DNA of 64,000 bases from an uncultured Enterobacteriaceae bacterium (lineage in GTDB: Bacteria; Pseudomonadota; Gammaproteobacteria; Burkholderiales; SG8-39), in the NCBI GenBank assembly GCA_964601155.1, contig CAZRMO010000003.1, forward strand, positions 21,066 to 85,065, written 5' to 3'. The notes beneath the pieces are model-generated. The model made no database searches and had not been told where the DNA came from. It worked only from the letters and a program-made list of their open reading frames with translations. Below, one piece after another: positions 55,201 through 64,000 of the stretch. The first letter of the stretch is position 1. Every line of letters starts with the position of its first letter. The position numbers and the translations under genes are program-made.

Positions 55201-56667
55201 TCAGACTCCCGTCGCTTCTGCCATCAACGCCCGCCAGCGGCGGTAGCGCGCGCGGATGCCCGCATCTTCGACCGGCGCGAATACTTCTTCGGCGGCGGCT
55301 TGGCTCCAGGACGCAGGCCGTCCGGCGGCAAGGTAGGCGATGCCGCGGGCGGTCGCTTCGGGATCGTCGCGCCGGTGCACGGCAAGTCCGCTCAGCGCGG
55401 CGAGCCTGCGGCACAGGCCATCGATCTGCGACACCCCGCCGCTGACGCGGATGCGCGCGGCCGGCGGCACATACTTCGCCATTTCGTCGATATTCGCCTG
55501 CAACAGAAAGGCCATGCTCTCGACCACTGCGACGGCTTTTTGCGAAGGCTCACCCGTGCCGACGAAACGCGAGGCAAAGTCGGGCTGCCAGAACGGGCCG
55601 CCCAGCCCGGCGATGCCGTTGAGAAACAGCGGCGGTTCACCGGGCGCGGCGAGCCATTGCGGCAGCAGGGCGTCCAACTCCTCCATCCCCAATTCCCGCC
55701 GCAGCCACTCGAGCGCGGTGCCGGCGCCGTTGACGTTGCCCTCGACCGTGTACACGGTGGTCGTGCCGTCGTCGAGGATGATGCCGGTAAGCTGGCGCGG
55801 AACGTAACCGGGATCGCGCGTGAGCGCGCGCTGTACGAAGGCGCTGGTGCCGATGTTGATATAAGCCGAATCCTCTTCTGGCCAGCCGAAGGCGAACACC
55901 GCCGCGGACTGGTCGCCGTTTATCGCCGTGAAGGGAATCGGCGTTTCTCCCACTGTCAGCGTGCCGAACGGGTGGCAGGTGGGCACGCTCTTTGGCAGGA
56001 AGCCCTGCGGCAGGCCGAACAGCGCGAGCAGTTCGGGGTCCCAGTCGCGCGTCGCCAGGTTCCATAGCTGGGTGCGCGCGGCGCATTGCGGGTCGGCGAC
56101 GAACGGATGTTCGTCCAGCAGGCGAAACGCGAGAAAGCTCGCCTGCGGGCCCCAGCAGAGCGTGCCCGCCGCGCGCGCCTCGCGCACCGGCGCCAGATGG
56201 TCCAGCGCCCAACGCAGCTTGCTGGCGCCATAATGCGCCGACAGGAACAATCCGGTCTTGCGGTGCACCAGCTCGCCCTGCGGCTCGAACTGGCGCAGCC
56301 ACTGGTGCGCGCGCCGGTCCTGCCAGCTGAACAGCGGCGACAGCGCCTGTCCGGTCCTGCGATCCCAGCAGATGCAGCTCGAGCGCTGGCTGGCGAGGCC
56401 CGCCGCCGCCACGTCGCCTCGGCGCGCGCCCAGGGACGACAATGCCTGGTCGGCGGCGGAGAAAATCGATTCGACCACCTCGTCGCCGTCCTGCTCGGCC
56501 CAGTCGGGCTGCGGCCGCGCGAGGCCGACCTCCCGCGCGCCGCTCGCGAGCACCTTGCCGCGGCCATCCAGCACCACCGCGCGGCTGGCGTGCGTGCCTT
56601 GGTCTATGGCGAGAAAAAGAGGATCGGGATTCAAGCTGTGTCGGAACCGGCTGCAAAAGGCATTCAC
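55201..56667 (-). CDS. FGGY-family carbohydrate kinase (glycerol kinase-like)
   Basis: 488 aa. N-terminal LAIDQGTHASRAVV phosphate-1 motif and GIAGLGGPFW / C-terminal FGGY patterns. Convergent with ugpE with a 10-nt gap. Confidence 0.8.
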   Translation of the reverse strand: MNAFCSRFRHSLNPDPLFLAIDQGTHASRAVVLDGRGKVLASGAREVGLARPQPDWAEQDGDEVVESIFSAADQALSSLGARRGDVAAAGLASQRSSCICWDRRTGQALSPLFSWQDRRAHQWLRQFEPQGELVHRKTGLFLSAHYGASKLRWALDHLAPVREARAAGTLCWGPQASFLAFRLLDEHPFVADPQCAARTQLWNLATRDWDPELLALFGLPQGFLPKSVPTCHPFGTLTVGETPIPFTAINGDQSAAVFAFGWPEEDSAYINIGTSAFVQRALTRDPGYVPRQLTGIILDDGTTTVYTVEGNVNGAGTALEWLRRELGMEELDALLPQWLAAPGEPPLFLNGIAGLGGPFWQPDFASRFVGTGEPSQKAVAVVESMAFLLQANIDEMAKYVPPAARIRVSGGVSQIDGLCRRLAALSGLAVHRRDDPEATARGIAYLAAGRPASWSQAAAEEVFAPVEDAGIRARYRRWRALMAEATGV

Positions 56668-56761
56668 CCATGCCCTTACTTGGTTATGATACGCGTTGGA
56701 GCAGCGTTCGTCCGGGCACAGCGCAAGCGGTGCGCACGCTCAGGTCCAAGGAGAGCATGCC

Positions 56762-57442
56762 ATGTCGCGCATATCTAGAGACGGGTTCATCGGGCTGGCG
56801 GGGATAGCGCTCGCGGCCGTGCTGCTTTTCTTCTTTGTACCTTCTCGTGCCGCCGGACCGCTGCCGAACCCGAAAATCGATACGCCCTTGGCGGCGGCAA
56901 AGGGCACGCAGACCGCCGTTTTCGCCGGCGGCTGTTTCTGGGGCATGGAAGGCGTGTTCGAGCACGTCAAAGGCGTCACGCGCGCCGTTGCCGGGTACGC
57001 CGGTGGCGGCGCGGCGACGGCGCACTATGAGATGGTGAGTACCGGTACCACCGGCCACGCCGAGTCGGTGCGCATTTCTTACGACCCCGCACGCATTTCC
57101 TACGGGCAGTTGTTGCAAGTGTTCTTTTCCGTCGCGCATGATCCGACCGAACTCGACCGGCAGGGTCCGGACGAGGGCACCCAATATCGCTCGGCCATTT
57201 TTTATGCCAACAGCGAGCAGAAACGCGTCGCCGAAGCCTATATTGCGCAGTTGGGCGCGGCGCATGCCTTTGCGCGCCCCATCGTCACCGAGGTAACGCC
57301 GCTGAAGGGATTTTACGCAGCGGAGGCCTACCATCAACACTATCTTGCGCTGCATCCGAACCAGCCCTATATTGTAATCAACGACCTGCCGAAAATCGCC
57401 AATCTGAAGCGCCAGTTTCCGGCGCTCTACGTCAGCGACTAG
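56762..57442 (+). CDS. msrA: Peptide-methionine (S)-S-oxide reductase with N-terminal signal/anchor
   Basis: Catalytic GGCFWG, then GHAESV..SYDP and YHQ.YL. Hydrophobic N-terminus FIGLAGIALAAVLLFFFV. AAGGAGAG upstream of ATG 56762. Confidence 0.88.
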   Translation: MSRISRDGFIGLAGIALAAVLLFFFVPSRAAGPLPNPKIDTPLAAAKGTQTAVFAGGCFWGMEGVFEHVKGVTRAVAGYAGGGAATAHYEMVSTGTTGHAESVRISYDPARISYGQLLQVFFSVAHDPTELDRQGPDEGTQYRSAIFYANSEQKRVAEAYIAQLGAAHAFARPIVTEVTPLKGFYAAEAYHQHYLALHPNQPYIVINDLPKIANLKRQFPALYVSD

Positions 57443-57495
57443 CGCCGATTTGCCCTTGGACGCAGCGATAGCTCTTCTCTAATCCTGCGGCGGCC

Positions 57496-60400
57496 ATGAA
57501 CCAGCAGAAGACACCGAAGGCGCCCATGCGCAAGCTGCTGCCGGTCTCTCTTGTCGCGGTGGTGCTGCTTGCGCTTTACGCGCTCGCCGGATTCCTGCTT
57601 GTGCCCTGGGTCGCGCAGCGCGAGTTGCCGCGTCTGGTCGAGCAGCAGCTGCACCAACGCGCGCGCATCGGCGCAATCAGCTTCAATCCGTTCACCCTCA
57701 GGCTGCACGCGCGCGAATTCGCACTCGAGACCACGACGGGAGCGCCGCTGTTCGGCTTCACCGATGCCGTGGCCAATCTCGGGTGGCGCTCGCTACTGCA
57801 CCGCGCATGGATATTTGACGAAGTGCGGCTCACCGCTCCGGCGCTGAACGTGGATATCGCGAAGGACGGGAGGCTCAACCTGGCCGCGCTGGCGCCGAAT
57901 GCGGGCGGCGAGGCCTCGGGGCCGCTGCCGCGTTTCGCCATTGGTCATTTTGCCGTGGCCGACGGCAGCATAGCGTTCGAGGACCGGCGGCAGGGCTACA
58001 GCAATCACCTGGAGCATTTGTCCATCGAAGTGTCGTCGCTGTCGACACTGGTTGCCGAGCCGGGTTCGTATGCCCTGGAGGGGCAGACGCCGCACGGGGT
58101 GAAGCTGCGCTGGAAGGGTGCGCTCTCGCTTACGCCGCTGGTCGCGAGCGGGACGCTCGCTCTGGACAACGTGGCACTGAAGCAAACGATGCCCTATGTC
58201 GATGACTACACCGCGGTGCGCGTCCTTGCCGGCGACGCGGATCTGGAACTGCCGTATGAACTGGCCTTGGTCCAAGGCAAGACCCGGTTCAGCTTGAAGG
58301 GTGCAAAGCTGGATGTGCGCGGACTGGCGCTGGGCGGCCCAGGCAAAAGGGCGCTGCAGGCCCGCTTCGGCGCAATTTCCGTCGCCGGCATCGATTTCGA
58401 CTCGGTGGCACAGCAGGCCGCGGTGAAGGCCGTGCGCGTCGGCGAGCCGAGCCTGGTCACGGGAAAGGACGGGCGGCCTCTCGCAAAAATCGGCGTGATC
58501 GCGCTCGACGGCGTGGAATTCGGACTGGGCACGCGCCGCGGCTCCGTGGATGCGCTCGCGCTGGCCAGCGCCGGCATCGGATCGGCGGGTGGAGCGGGGC
58601 CCTCGGCAGCCGTGCAGCAGCTCGCCCTGAACGGTATCTCCTTCGATCTCGGCGCGCAGCGCGCCTCGGCCAAGGCCTTGGGCGTCGCCGATCTCCGCTT
58701 GGCGCTGACGCGCGACGCCAAGGGTGAACTGGATCTGCTGCAGTTGTTTGCAGGCGGCGCAAGCGGCACGGCCGGCTCGGCCAGCGCGGCCAAGCCGGCC
58801 AAGTGGCAGCTGAGCCTGGGCACGGTAAAAATTGGCAGTGCTGCGGCGCGTTATGCCGATCGCACGGCGAAGACACCGCTTGCGCTCAGCGCGGACGGCC
58901 TGAGCGGGAGCTTTGCCTTCGAGGCGGCATCCGGCGCGCAAGGCGTACGCGTGCATCTTGGCGAGGGCAATCTGGCGCTGGCGAGCTTCGAGGCAGGCGC
59001 CGCGTCCGGGGCGTCCGCGCGCAGCCGAGCGGCGGCGCTGCGACTTACCGGCTTGTCGCTGGCAGGCACGCGTTACGACAGCGCCGAGAATTCGCTGGCT
59101 GCCGACGCGGTGCGCATCGGCAGCCTGGGTGTGGACACGGTGCTCGACAAGGGCCGCGTATCGCTGCTCGATCTCCTGCCCGCGATGGAGGCGTCCAAAT
59201 CGGCCAAGCCGCTGACGGCGCAGGTGAAGGCCGTCGAATTGAAGGATGGCGTCGTGAGCGTGGCCGATCGCGCCAGCGGCATCGCACTGGTGCTGCAGCG
59301 GCTGAGGGCGAAACTCACAGACGTCTCGACCGATCAGGCACAGCCGCTTGCATTCAATGCGAGTGCCGACGTAAAAAGCGGCGGGCACATCGTACTGCAG
59401 GGGCGGGGCGTGCCCGCGCGGGGAACGATGACGGCGAAAATCCGGGCGAGCGGCGTGGCGCTGGCGCCGATGCAGCCGCTGCTGGCGCAATTGGCGAGCG
59501 TGAAGCTGCACTCGGGCAAGGCTGCGCTCGCCGGCACGCTGAGTGTCGGCGGCAAGCAGGCGAAATTCGCCTATTCGGGCAGCGCGTCCGTCACCGATCT
59601 CGCGCTGGACGACCTGGCCGAGGTGCGCCTGTTCGGCTGGAAGTCGCTCGCGACCGACTCGCTCAAGGCCAGCCTATCCCCGGATCGCATCGACATCGAC
59701 GAGTTGCGGCTGACGGCTCCGGCGGGCCGATTCGCGATTGCAAAAGACGGCACCACCAACCTCTCGCGGGCGTTCGCCCGCAAGCATGCGGCAAGCGGGA
59801 AAGGCGCGGCAGACGCCGCCAAGGCCGCAGCTGCGCCCGCGTCGAGCCCGGCTGCGGCGAAGAAGGCAGGCAAAGACAGTGGCTTCGCCGTCGCGGTGCG
59901 GCGCGTGCGCGTAGACCAGGGTGCGCTGGATTTTTCCGACGACAGCCTGAGTCCGGCCTTCGTCGCGAAAATCTATGAACTCACCGGCACGGCGAACGGT
60001 CTTTCGAGCGATCGCGACACGCGCAGCCAGTTCGCGCTCGAAGGCCGCGTAGACGAATTCGGCTACGCGCACCTGTCCGGGTCGGTCAATCCCTTCGCGC
60101 CGCGCGACCGCAGCGCTTTTCGCGTGCAGTTGCGCAACATCGATCTTGCCACGATATCGCCTTATTCGATGCGCTTTGCCGGCTATCGCATAGCGAGCGG
60201 CCATATGACGCTGGACCTGCATTACCGGGTGCGCGATAGCCTGATCGAGGGCGACAACAAGATTACCCTGGAAAAGATTACGCTCGGCGACCAGGTCGAC
60301 AGCCCGGACGCGCTCAAGCTGCCGTTCGAACTCGCCATCGCTTTGCTCAAGGATCCGGACGGCACGATTACGCTGCAGGTGCCGGTCAAGGGCAACCTCG

Positions 60401-61158
60401 ACGATCCCGAGTTCAGCCTGGCGCCGCTGATCTGGAAGGCGTTCGGGAATCTGATCGGCAATATCGTCGCTGCGCCGTTTCGCGCGCTCGCAAATTTGCT
60501 CGGTGGCGGGTCCCAAGAGCAGGGCGGGGCGATCGCCTTCAATCTTGGCAGTAGCCGGCTGCTGCCGCCCGAGCAGGAAAAGATCGCGCGCATCGCCGCG
60601 GCGCTCGCCAAGCGGCCGGAGCTGAAACTGGAGATTCCGGCGCACTACGACAGCGAGGCCGACGCGCGCGCGCTGAAGCGTGTCGCGCTCGAGCGCGAGA
60701 TCGGCCGCCGCGCCGGCTTCGCGCAGGCTGATGACGAAGCCCCGGGGCGCGTCAATCTCGAGGACGAGAAGACCAAGGCCGCGCTTAGATCGCTGTTTGC
60801 CGAGCGCTTCGGGAAGGGCGAGCTCGATAAACTGCGCGCCGAGGCCGAAGCGAAGGCGCGCGCCGCCAAGCAGCCCGAACCGTCAATCGCCGAGAAGGTG
60901 GGCAACTGGGCCAGCGGCGAGCCGCAGATCACCGATGCGCGCGCGTTCTATCGCACGCTACTGCGCCGTCTGCGCGAGGAGCAGCCGCTGTCGCCGCTCG
61001 CGCTGGCCGCGCTTGCAAATCAGCGCGGGCTCGCCATCGAAGCGGCGCTGACCGCTGCGGGCGTGGACGCATCGCGCATCACCCGGACCGCCGCGCAAGC
61101 GACTGCGGATGCGGAGGCCAGGCAGGTCACGGTGCAGCTGTCGCTTGCCGTGCGCTGA
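57496..61158 (+). CDS. Very large DUF748/AsmA-like envelope protein
   Basis: 1220 aa with a single N-terminal TM anchor. Repeated beta-rich segments of the DUF748 type (FLLVPWVAQRELPRLVEQQL...FNPFTL.L....F.L......L..F), then a C-terminal charged helical tail. Confidence 0.6.
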   Translation: MNQQKTPKAPMRKLLPVSLVAVVLLALYALAGFLLVPWVAQRELPRLVEQQLHQRARIGAISFNPFTLRLHAREFALETTTGAPLFGFTDAVANLGWRSLLHRAWIFDEVRLTAPALNVDIAKDGRLNLAALAPNAGGEASGPLPRFAIGHFAVADGSIAFEDRRQGYSNHLEHLSIEVSSLSTLVAEPGSYALEGQTPHGVKLRWKGALSLTPLVASGTLALDNVALKQTMPYVDDYTAVRVLAGDADLELPYELALVQGKTRFSLKGAKLDVRGLALGGPGKRALQARFGAISVAGIDFDSVAQQAAVKAVRVGEPSLVTGKDGRPLAKIGVIALDGVEFGLGTRRGSVDALALASAGIGSAGGAGPSAAVQQLALNGISFDLGAQRASAKALGVADLRLALTRDAKGELDLLQLFAGGASGTAGSASAAKPAKWQLSLGTVKIGSAAARYADRTAKTPLALSADGLSGSFAFEAASGAQGVRVHLGEGNLALASFEAGAASGASARSRAAALRLTGLSLAGTRYDSAENSLAADAVRIGSLGVDTVLDKGRVSLLDLLPAMEASKSAKPLTAQVKAVELKDGVVSVADRASGIALVLQRLRAKLTDVSTDQAQPLAFNASADVKSGGHIVLQGRGVPARGTMTAKIRASGVALAPMQPLLAQLASVKLHSGKAALAGTLSVGGKQAKFAYSGSASVTDLALDDLAEVRLFGWKSLATDSLKASLSPDRIDIDELRLTAPAGRFAIAKDGTTNLSRAFARKHAASGKGAADAAKAAAAPASSPAAAKKAGKDSGFAVAVRRVRVDQGALDFSDDSLSPAFVAKIYELTGTANGLSSDRDTRSQFALEGRVDEFGYAHLSGSVNPFAPRDRSAFRVQLRNIDLATISPYSMRFAGYRIASGHMTLDLHYRVRDSLIEGDNKITLEKITLGDQVDSPDALKLPFELAIALLKDPDGTITLQVPVKGNLDDPEFSLAPLIWKAFGNLIGNIVAAPFRALANLLGGGSQEQGGAIAFNLGSSRLLPPEQEKIARIAAALAKRPELKLEIPAHYDSEADARALKRVALEREIGRRAGFAQADDEAPGRVNLEDEKTKAALRSLFAERFGKGELDKLRAEAEAKARAAKQPEPSIAEKVGNWASGEPQITDARAFYRTLLRRLREEQPLSPLALAALANQRGLAIEAALTAAGVDASRITRTAAQATADAEARQVTVQLSLAVR

Positions 61159-61213
61159 ACGGCTATGCAGGCGCGCGTCGCCTTGGCGCTGATTTTCCGC
61201 CCAAGTGCCGTCT

Positions 61214-62632
61214 TCATTGCGGAAGGATCTTTGCCGGATTGAACAGTCCCTTGGGGTCGAGAGCGTGCTTGACGGTGCGCATCAGCGAGAGTTCGACTTC
61301 CGACTTGTATTGCCGCATTTCCGCAACCAGATACTGGCCGATCCCGTGCTCGGCGCTGAAGGTGCCGCCGAGTTCCGTGGCGATATCGTAGGTCAGGCGA
61401 TGCACTTCAGCGACGATCGCTTCCTGGTCTGGAAAAGCATCCCATGCGTCGAAGCTGAACTGCACGATGAAATGCAGGTTGCCGTCGCCGAAGTGGCCGA
61501 CGATCACGATGCGTATCCCGGGAAAGCGCCGCTCCAGCGCCGGGCTGACGCGGCGCACGAACTCGGGAATCTTCGACACGGGAACCGCGATGTCGTGCGT
61601 AATGCCGATTCCCGCCTTCAGGTTCGCCTCGGTGACGCTGTGGCGTATCTTCCACATCGCCGCGCGCTGCGCCTCGTTGCTGGCCACGGCGGCATCGCTG
61701 AGCAGCTGCTTCGTGAGCGCCGTCTGCAGAACGGTTTCAAGTCCCGCGCGCAGCCCCGGCGCGTCGGTTGCGCTGCCCAGTTCGACGAGCACGTGCCAGG
61801 GGCATTTCGGATCCAGGGGACTTTTCCGGTCTGAGGTGTACTTCAGGATGTCGTCGAGCTGGGCCGCGTTCATCAGTTCGAAGGCCGACAACTGCGAACC
61901 CAGCGTCGACTGAAACAAGGAGAGCAGTTCCAGTGCGGCATCGATGCTGACCGGCGCCAGCCAGGCGGCGGCATGGTGGCTGTTGAGCGGGTGCAGCTTG
62001 AGTGTCGCCGCGGTAATGATGCCCAGCACGCCCTCGGACCCGATGAACAGGTGCTTGAGGTCGAAGCCCGTGTTGTCTTTGCGCAGCGCGCGCAGTCCGT
62101 TCCAGATTCTCGCGTCCGGCAACACCACTTCCAGCCCGAGCACGTTCTCGCGCGTATTGCCGTAGCGCAGCACGCCTGTACCGCCGGCGTTGGTGGCGAT
62201 ATTGCCGCCGATCTGGCACGAACCCTCCGCACCCAGGCTCACCGGATAGTAGCGGCCGGCGTCGATGGCGGCGCGCTGCACGTCCGCGAGCACGCAGCCG
62301 GCATCGACCGTGATCGAGTTGTTGGCGGCGTCGACTTCGCGGACGCGCCGCATGCGCGCGAGGCTGACGATCACGCCGCGTCCGCCCGCGAACGGCACCG
62401 ATCCGCCGCACAGGCCGGTATTTCCGCCTTGCGCCTGCACCGGAACGGATTGGGCGATGCATTTGGCGACCACCGCTGCGACTTCCTCGGTGCTGCGCGG
62501 GCGCACCACGCACAGCGCATTCCCCTTGTAGCGCCCGCGGAAGTCCGTCACATAGGGTTCGACCTCCTTCGACTCAGTGAGCAATGCGGCCTCGCCCACG
62601 ATTCCTGCCAAATCCTCGATCAGTGCCGTCAT
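61214..62632 (-). CDS. FAD-linked oxidase (GlcD / D-lactate / D-2-hydroxyacid dehydrogenase family)
   Basis: 472 aa. PCMH FAD domain (VQAQGGNTGLCGGSVP) and C-terminal FSAEHGIGQ motif. Confidence 0.88.
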   Translation of the reverse strand: MTALIEDLAGIVGEAALLTESKEVEPYVTDFRGRYKGNALCVVRPRSTEEVAAVVAKCIAQSVPVQAQGGNTGLCGGSVPFAGGRGVIVSLARMRRVREVDAANNSITVDAGCVLADVQRAAIDAGRYYPVSLGAEGSCQIGGNIATNAGGTGVLRYGNTRENVLGLEVVLPDARIWNGLRALRKDNTGFDLKHLFIGSEGVLGIITAATLKLHPLNSHHAAAWLAPVSIDAALELLSLFQSTLGSQLSAFELMNAAQLDDILKYTSDRKSPLDPKCPWHVLVELGSATDAPGLRAGLETVLQTALTKQLLSDAAVASNEAQRAAMWKIRHSVTEANLKAGIGITHDIAVPVSKIPEFVRRVSPALERRFPGIRIVIVGHFGDGNLHFIVQFSFDAWDAFPDQEAIVAEVHRLTYDIATELGGTFSAEHGIGQYLVAEMRQYKSEVELSLMRTVKHALDPKGLFNPAKILPQ

Positions 62633-62837
62633 CGATTCAATCTTCCCGTCGGTTAAGCATGCGCATGAAAAAATGCGAGTCTATCAGGGTGTTGAAAATC
62701 GGGCGACGTCGCGACGCGATCCTTCTCTTCGCAGCAGTATGGCTTCGAGTCCGCGTCGTCAAACTGCACTCGATCGTGGCTGTTTTCAACGGAATACCCA
62801 ATGGTGTATTCTGTTCGCAGCCATGAAAGGCTCTAGG

Positions 62838-63194
62838 ATGTCCAGCTTATCTCCAGACGCGGAAGCACCCACAGAGACAGAGCTCTTGCTAAGCGTGCTC
62901 TACCGCTATTTCTTTTTCGGGTGGCTGCTGCATGACGTCTCTCATGCGCGGAATCCGTTCGAGCGCAATGCGGCTTTGCGGCACAACCGGGAAGTGAGCC
63001 GCTGGCTGCCCATGTACATGCTGCGCTGGGCGATTCTTTCCGCTGTGATGTTTGCCCTGGGCAGCGTTAGTGAAACGGTTTTCGCGGCACCCCACCTCGC
63101 GGCCTGGCTTTATATAGCGTTCTGTCTTTGCGTTCCGATGCTGGCAATTACGTTTTCGGTATGGGTCCTGTTACGGCAAGCCGGGTCGGTTTGA
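62838..63194 (+). CDS. Small hypothetical membrane protein
   Basis: About 118 aa with three hydrophobic segments (YRYFFFGWLL, LRWAILSAVMFALG, WLYIAFCLCVPMLAITFSVWVLL). Alternative start 62823. The longer ORF from 62577 overlaps the divergent oxidase gene. Confidence 0.5.
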   Translation: MSSLSPDAEAPTETELLLSVLYRYFFFGWLLHDVSHARNPFERNAALRHNREVSRWLPMYMLRWAILSAVMFALGSVSETVFAAPHLAAWLYIAFCLCVPMLAITFSVWVLLRQAGSV

Positions 63195-63324
63195 AATCGC
63201 TCACGGCTCTGCTGAAAACCGATAGGCGCCAGAGTCAGCCGTTCTTGGTCATTCCTCAATTCCAGCGTGGTCGCCGTGATCGGTGCGATAATGGAAGCTC
63301 TTCTTTACCCTGCTGGAACCAACC

Positions 63325-64000
63325 GTGACTAGCCTACTGCCGGAAGTCGACCCTGAGGGGCTGCTCGAATATTCGGTCGTATATACCGACCGCGCAATCA
63401 ACCACATGTCAGCGACCTTCCAGGGCGTCATGAAAGACATCGCCGGGACGCTCAAACGGGCGTATCGGGCCGAGACGGCGATCGTAGTCCCCGGCAGCGG
63501 TACGTTCGGCATGGAAGCGGTGGCTCGCCAATTCGCCGCGGACCGCAAGTGCCTGGTAATCCGCAACGGCTGGTTCAGTTACCGCTGGACCCAGATTCTC
63601 GACATGGGGCGGATCGCCGCCGAAGCCACAGTCCTGAAGGCGCGCCCCGTCGGCAACGAGCGGCAGGCGCCGTTCGCGCCCCCGCCGATCGAGGAGGTCG
63701 TAATGACTATCCGCGAGACACGGCCCGATGTCGTGTTCGCCCCGCACGTCGAGACTGCCTCCGGCATGATTCTGCCGAACGCCTACCTGAGGGCCGTGGC
63801 CGATGCGGTGCACGGCGTCGGCGGCTTGTTCGTGCTCGACTGCATTGCCTCCGGCACGATTTGGGTCGACATGGTCGCGAACGGCGTGGACGTGCTGATC
63901 AGCGCGCCGCAAAAGGGCTGGAGCGGATCGCCGTGTTGCGCGCTGGTGATGCTCGGCGCGCGGGCCCGAAAGCTGATCGACTCGACCACCAGCAGCAGCT
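63325..64000 (+). CDS. Class V (AGXT/phosphonate-pyruvate type) PLP-dependent aminotransferase, 3'-truncated by the window edge
   Basis: Frame open from GTG 63325 to the window end. VPGSGTFGMEAV, HVETASG, VLDCIASG and SAPQKGW (PLP-lysine context) fit fold-type I class V aminotransferases. Confidence 0.75.
   Translation, partial: MTSLLPEVDPEGLLEYSVVYTDRAINHMSATFQGVMKDIAGTLKRAYRAETAIVVPGSGTFGMEAVARQFAADRKCLVIRNGWFSYRWTQILDMGRIAAEATVLKARPVGNERQAPFAPPPIEEVVMTIRETRPDVVFAPHVETASGMILPNAYLRAVADAVHGVGGLFVLDCIASGTIWVDMVANGVDVLISAPQKGWSGSPCCALVMLGARARKLIDSTTSSS

Overview
GC-rich, densely coding chromosomal segment that looks proteobacterial, probably betaproteobacterial (judged only from gene content, no search run). 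I call about 55 protein genes, one tRNA-Ser(GGA), one MITE-like element and a few structural or regulatory motifs. Most long ORFs antisense to these genes are high-GC shadow frames and are rejected. Gene order: EF-G paralogue, histidine phosphatase, EamA transporter, class I fumarase, family III CoA-transferase | tRNA-Ser | MEDS protein + PAS/GAF/HD-GYP phosphodiesterase, acyl-CoA synthetase | about 1 kb of lower-GC apparently non-coding DNA | DUF2282-DUF692-DUF2063-DoxX operon | GGDEF cyclase, methyltransferase, retropepsin-like protease | response regulator-OMF-MFP-RND-PepSY-DedA-histidine kinase operon | PAP2, BON | fused cytochrome-porin (Cyc2-like) + dihaem c4 lipoprotein | LysR, dodecin | AGPS-like flavoenzyme, PaaI thioesterase, MBL/cNMP multidomain protein, IPMDH-family dehydrogenase | GNAT, AMP-forming acyl-CoA synthetase, E1alpha/E1beta/E2 + ACP, GlpA/GlpB, MITE, membrane Fe-S protein + CCG protein, UgpBAE, FGGY kinase | MsrA, DUF748 giant protein, GlcD-like oxidase, small membrane protein, class V aminotransferase (truncated). 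Best candidate systems: (1) the bufferin-type MNIO RiPP operon at 13.3-15.7 kb; (2) an E1/E2 set translationally coupled to an ACP with no E3, next to a G3P-uptake/oxidation module whose GlpC is replaced by a DsrMK/HdrED-like membrane module; (3) a Cyc2-like/c4 putative iron-oxidation pair; (4) a two-component system whose two genes bracket an RND-PepSY-DedA operon. All family assignments rest on motif recognition by eye. No HMM or BLAST search was possible.
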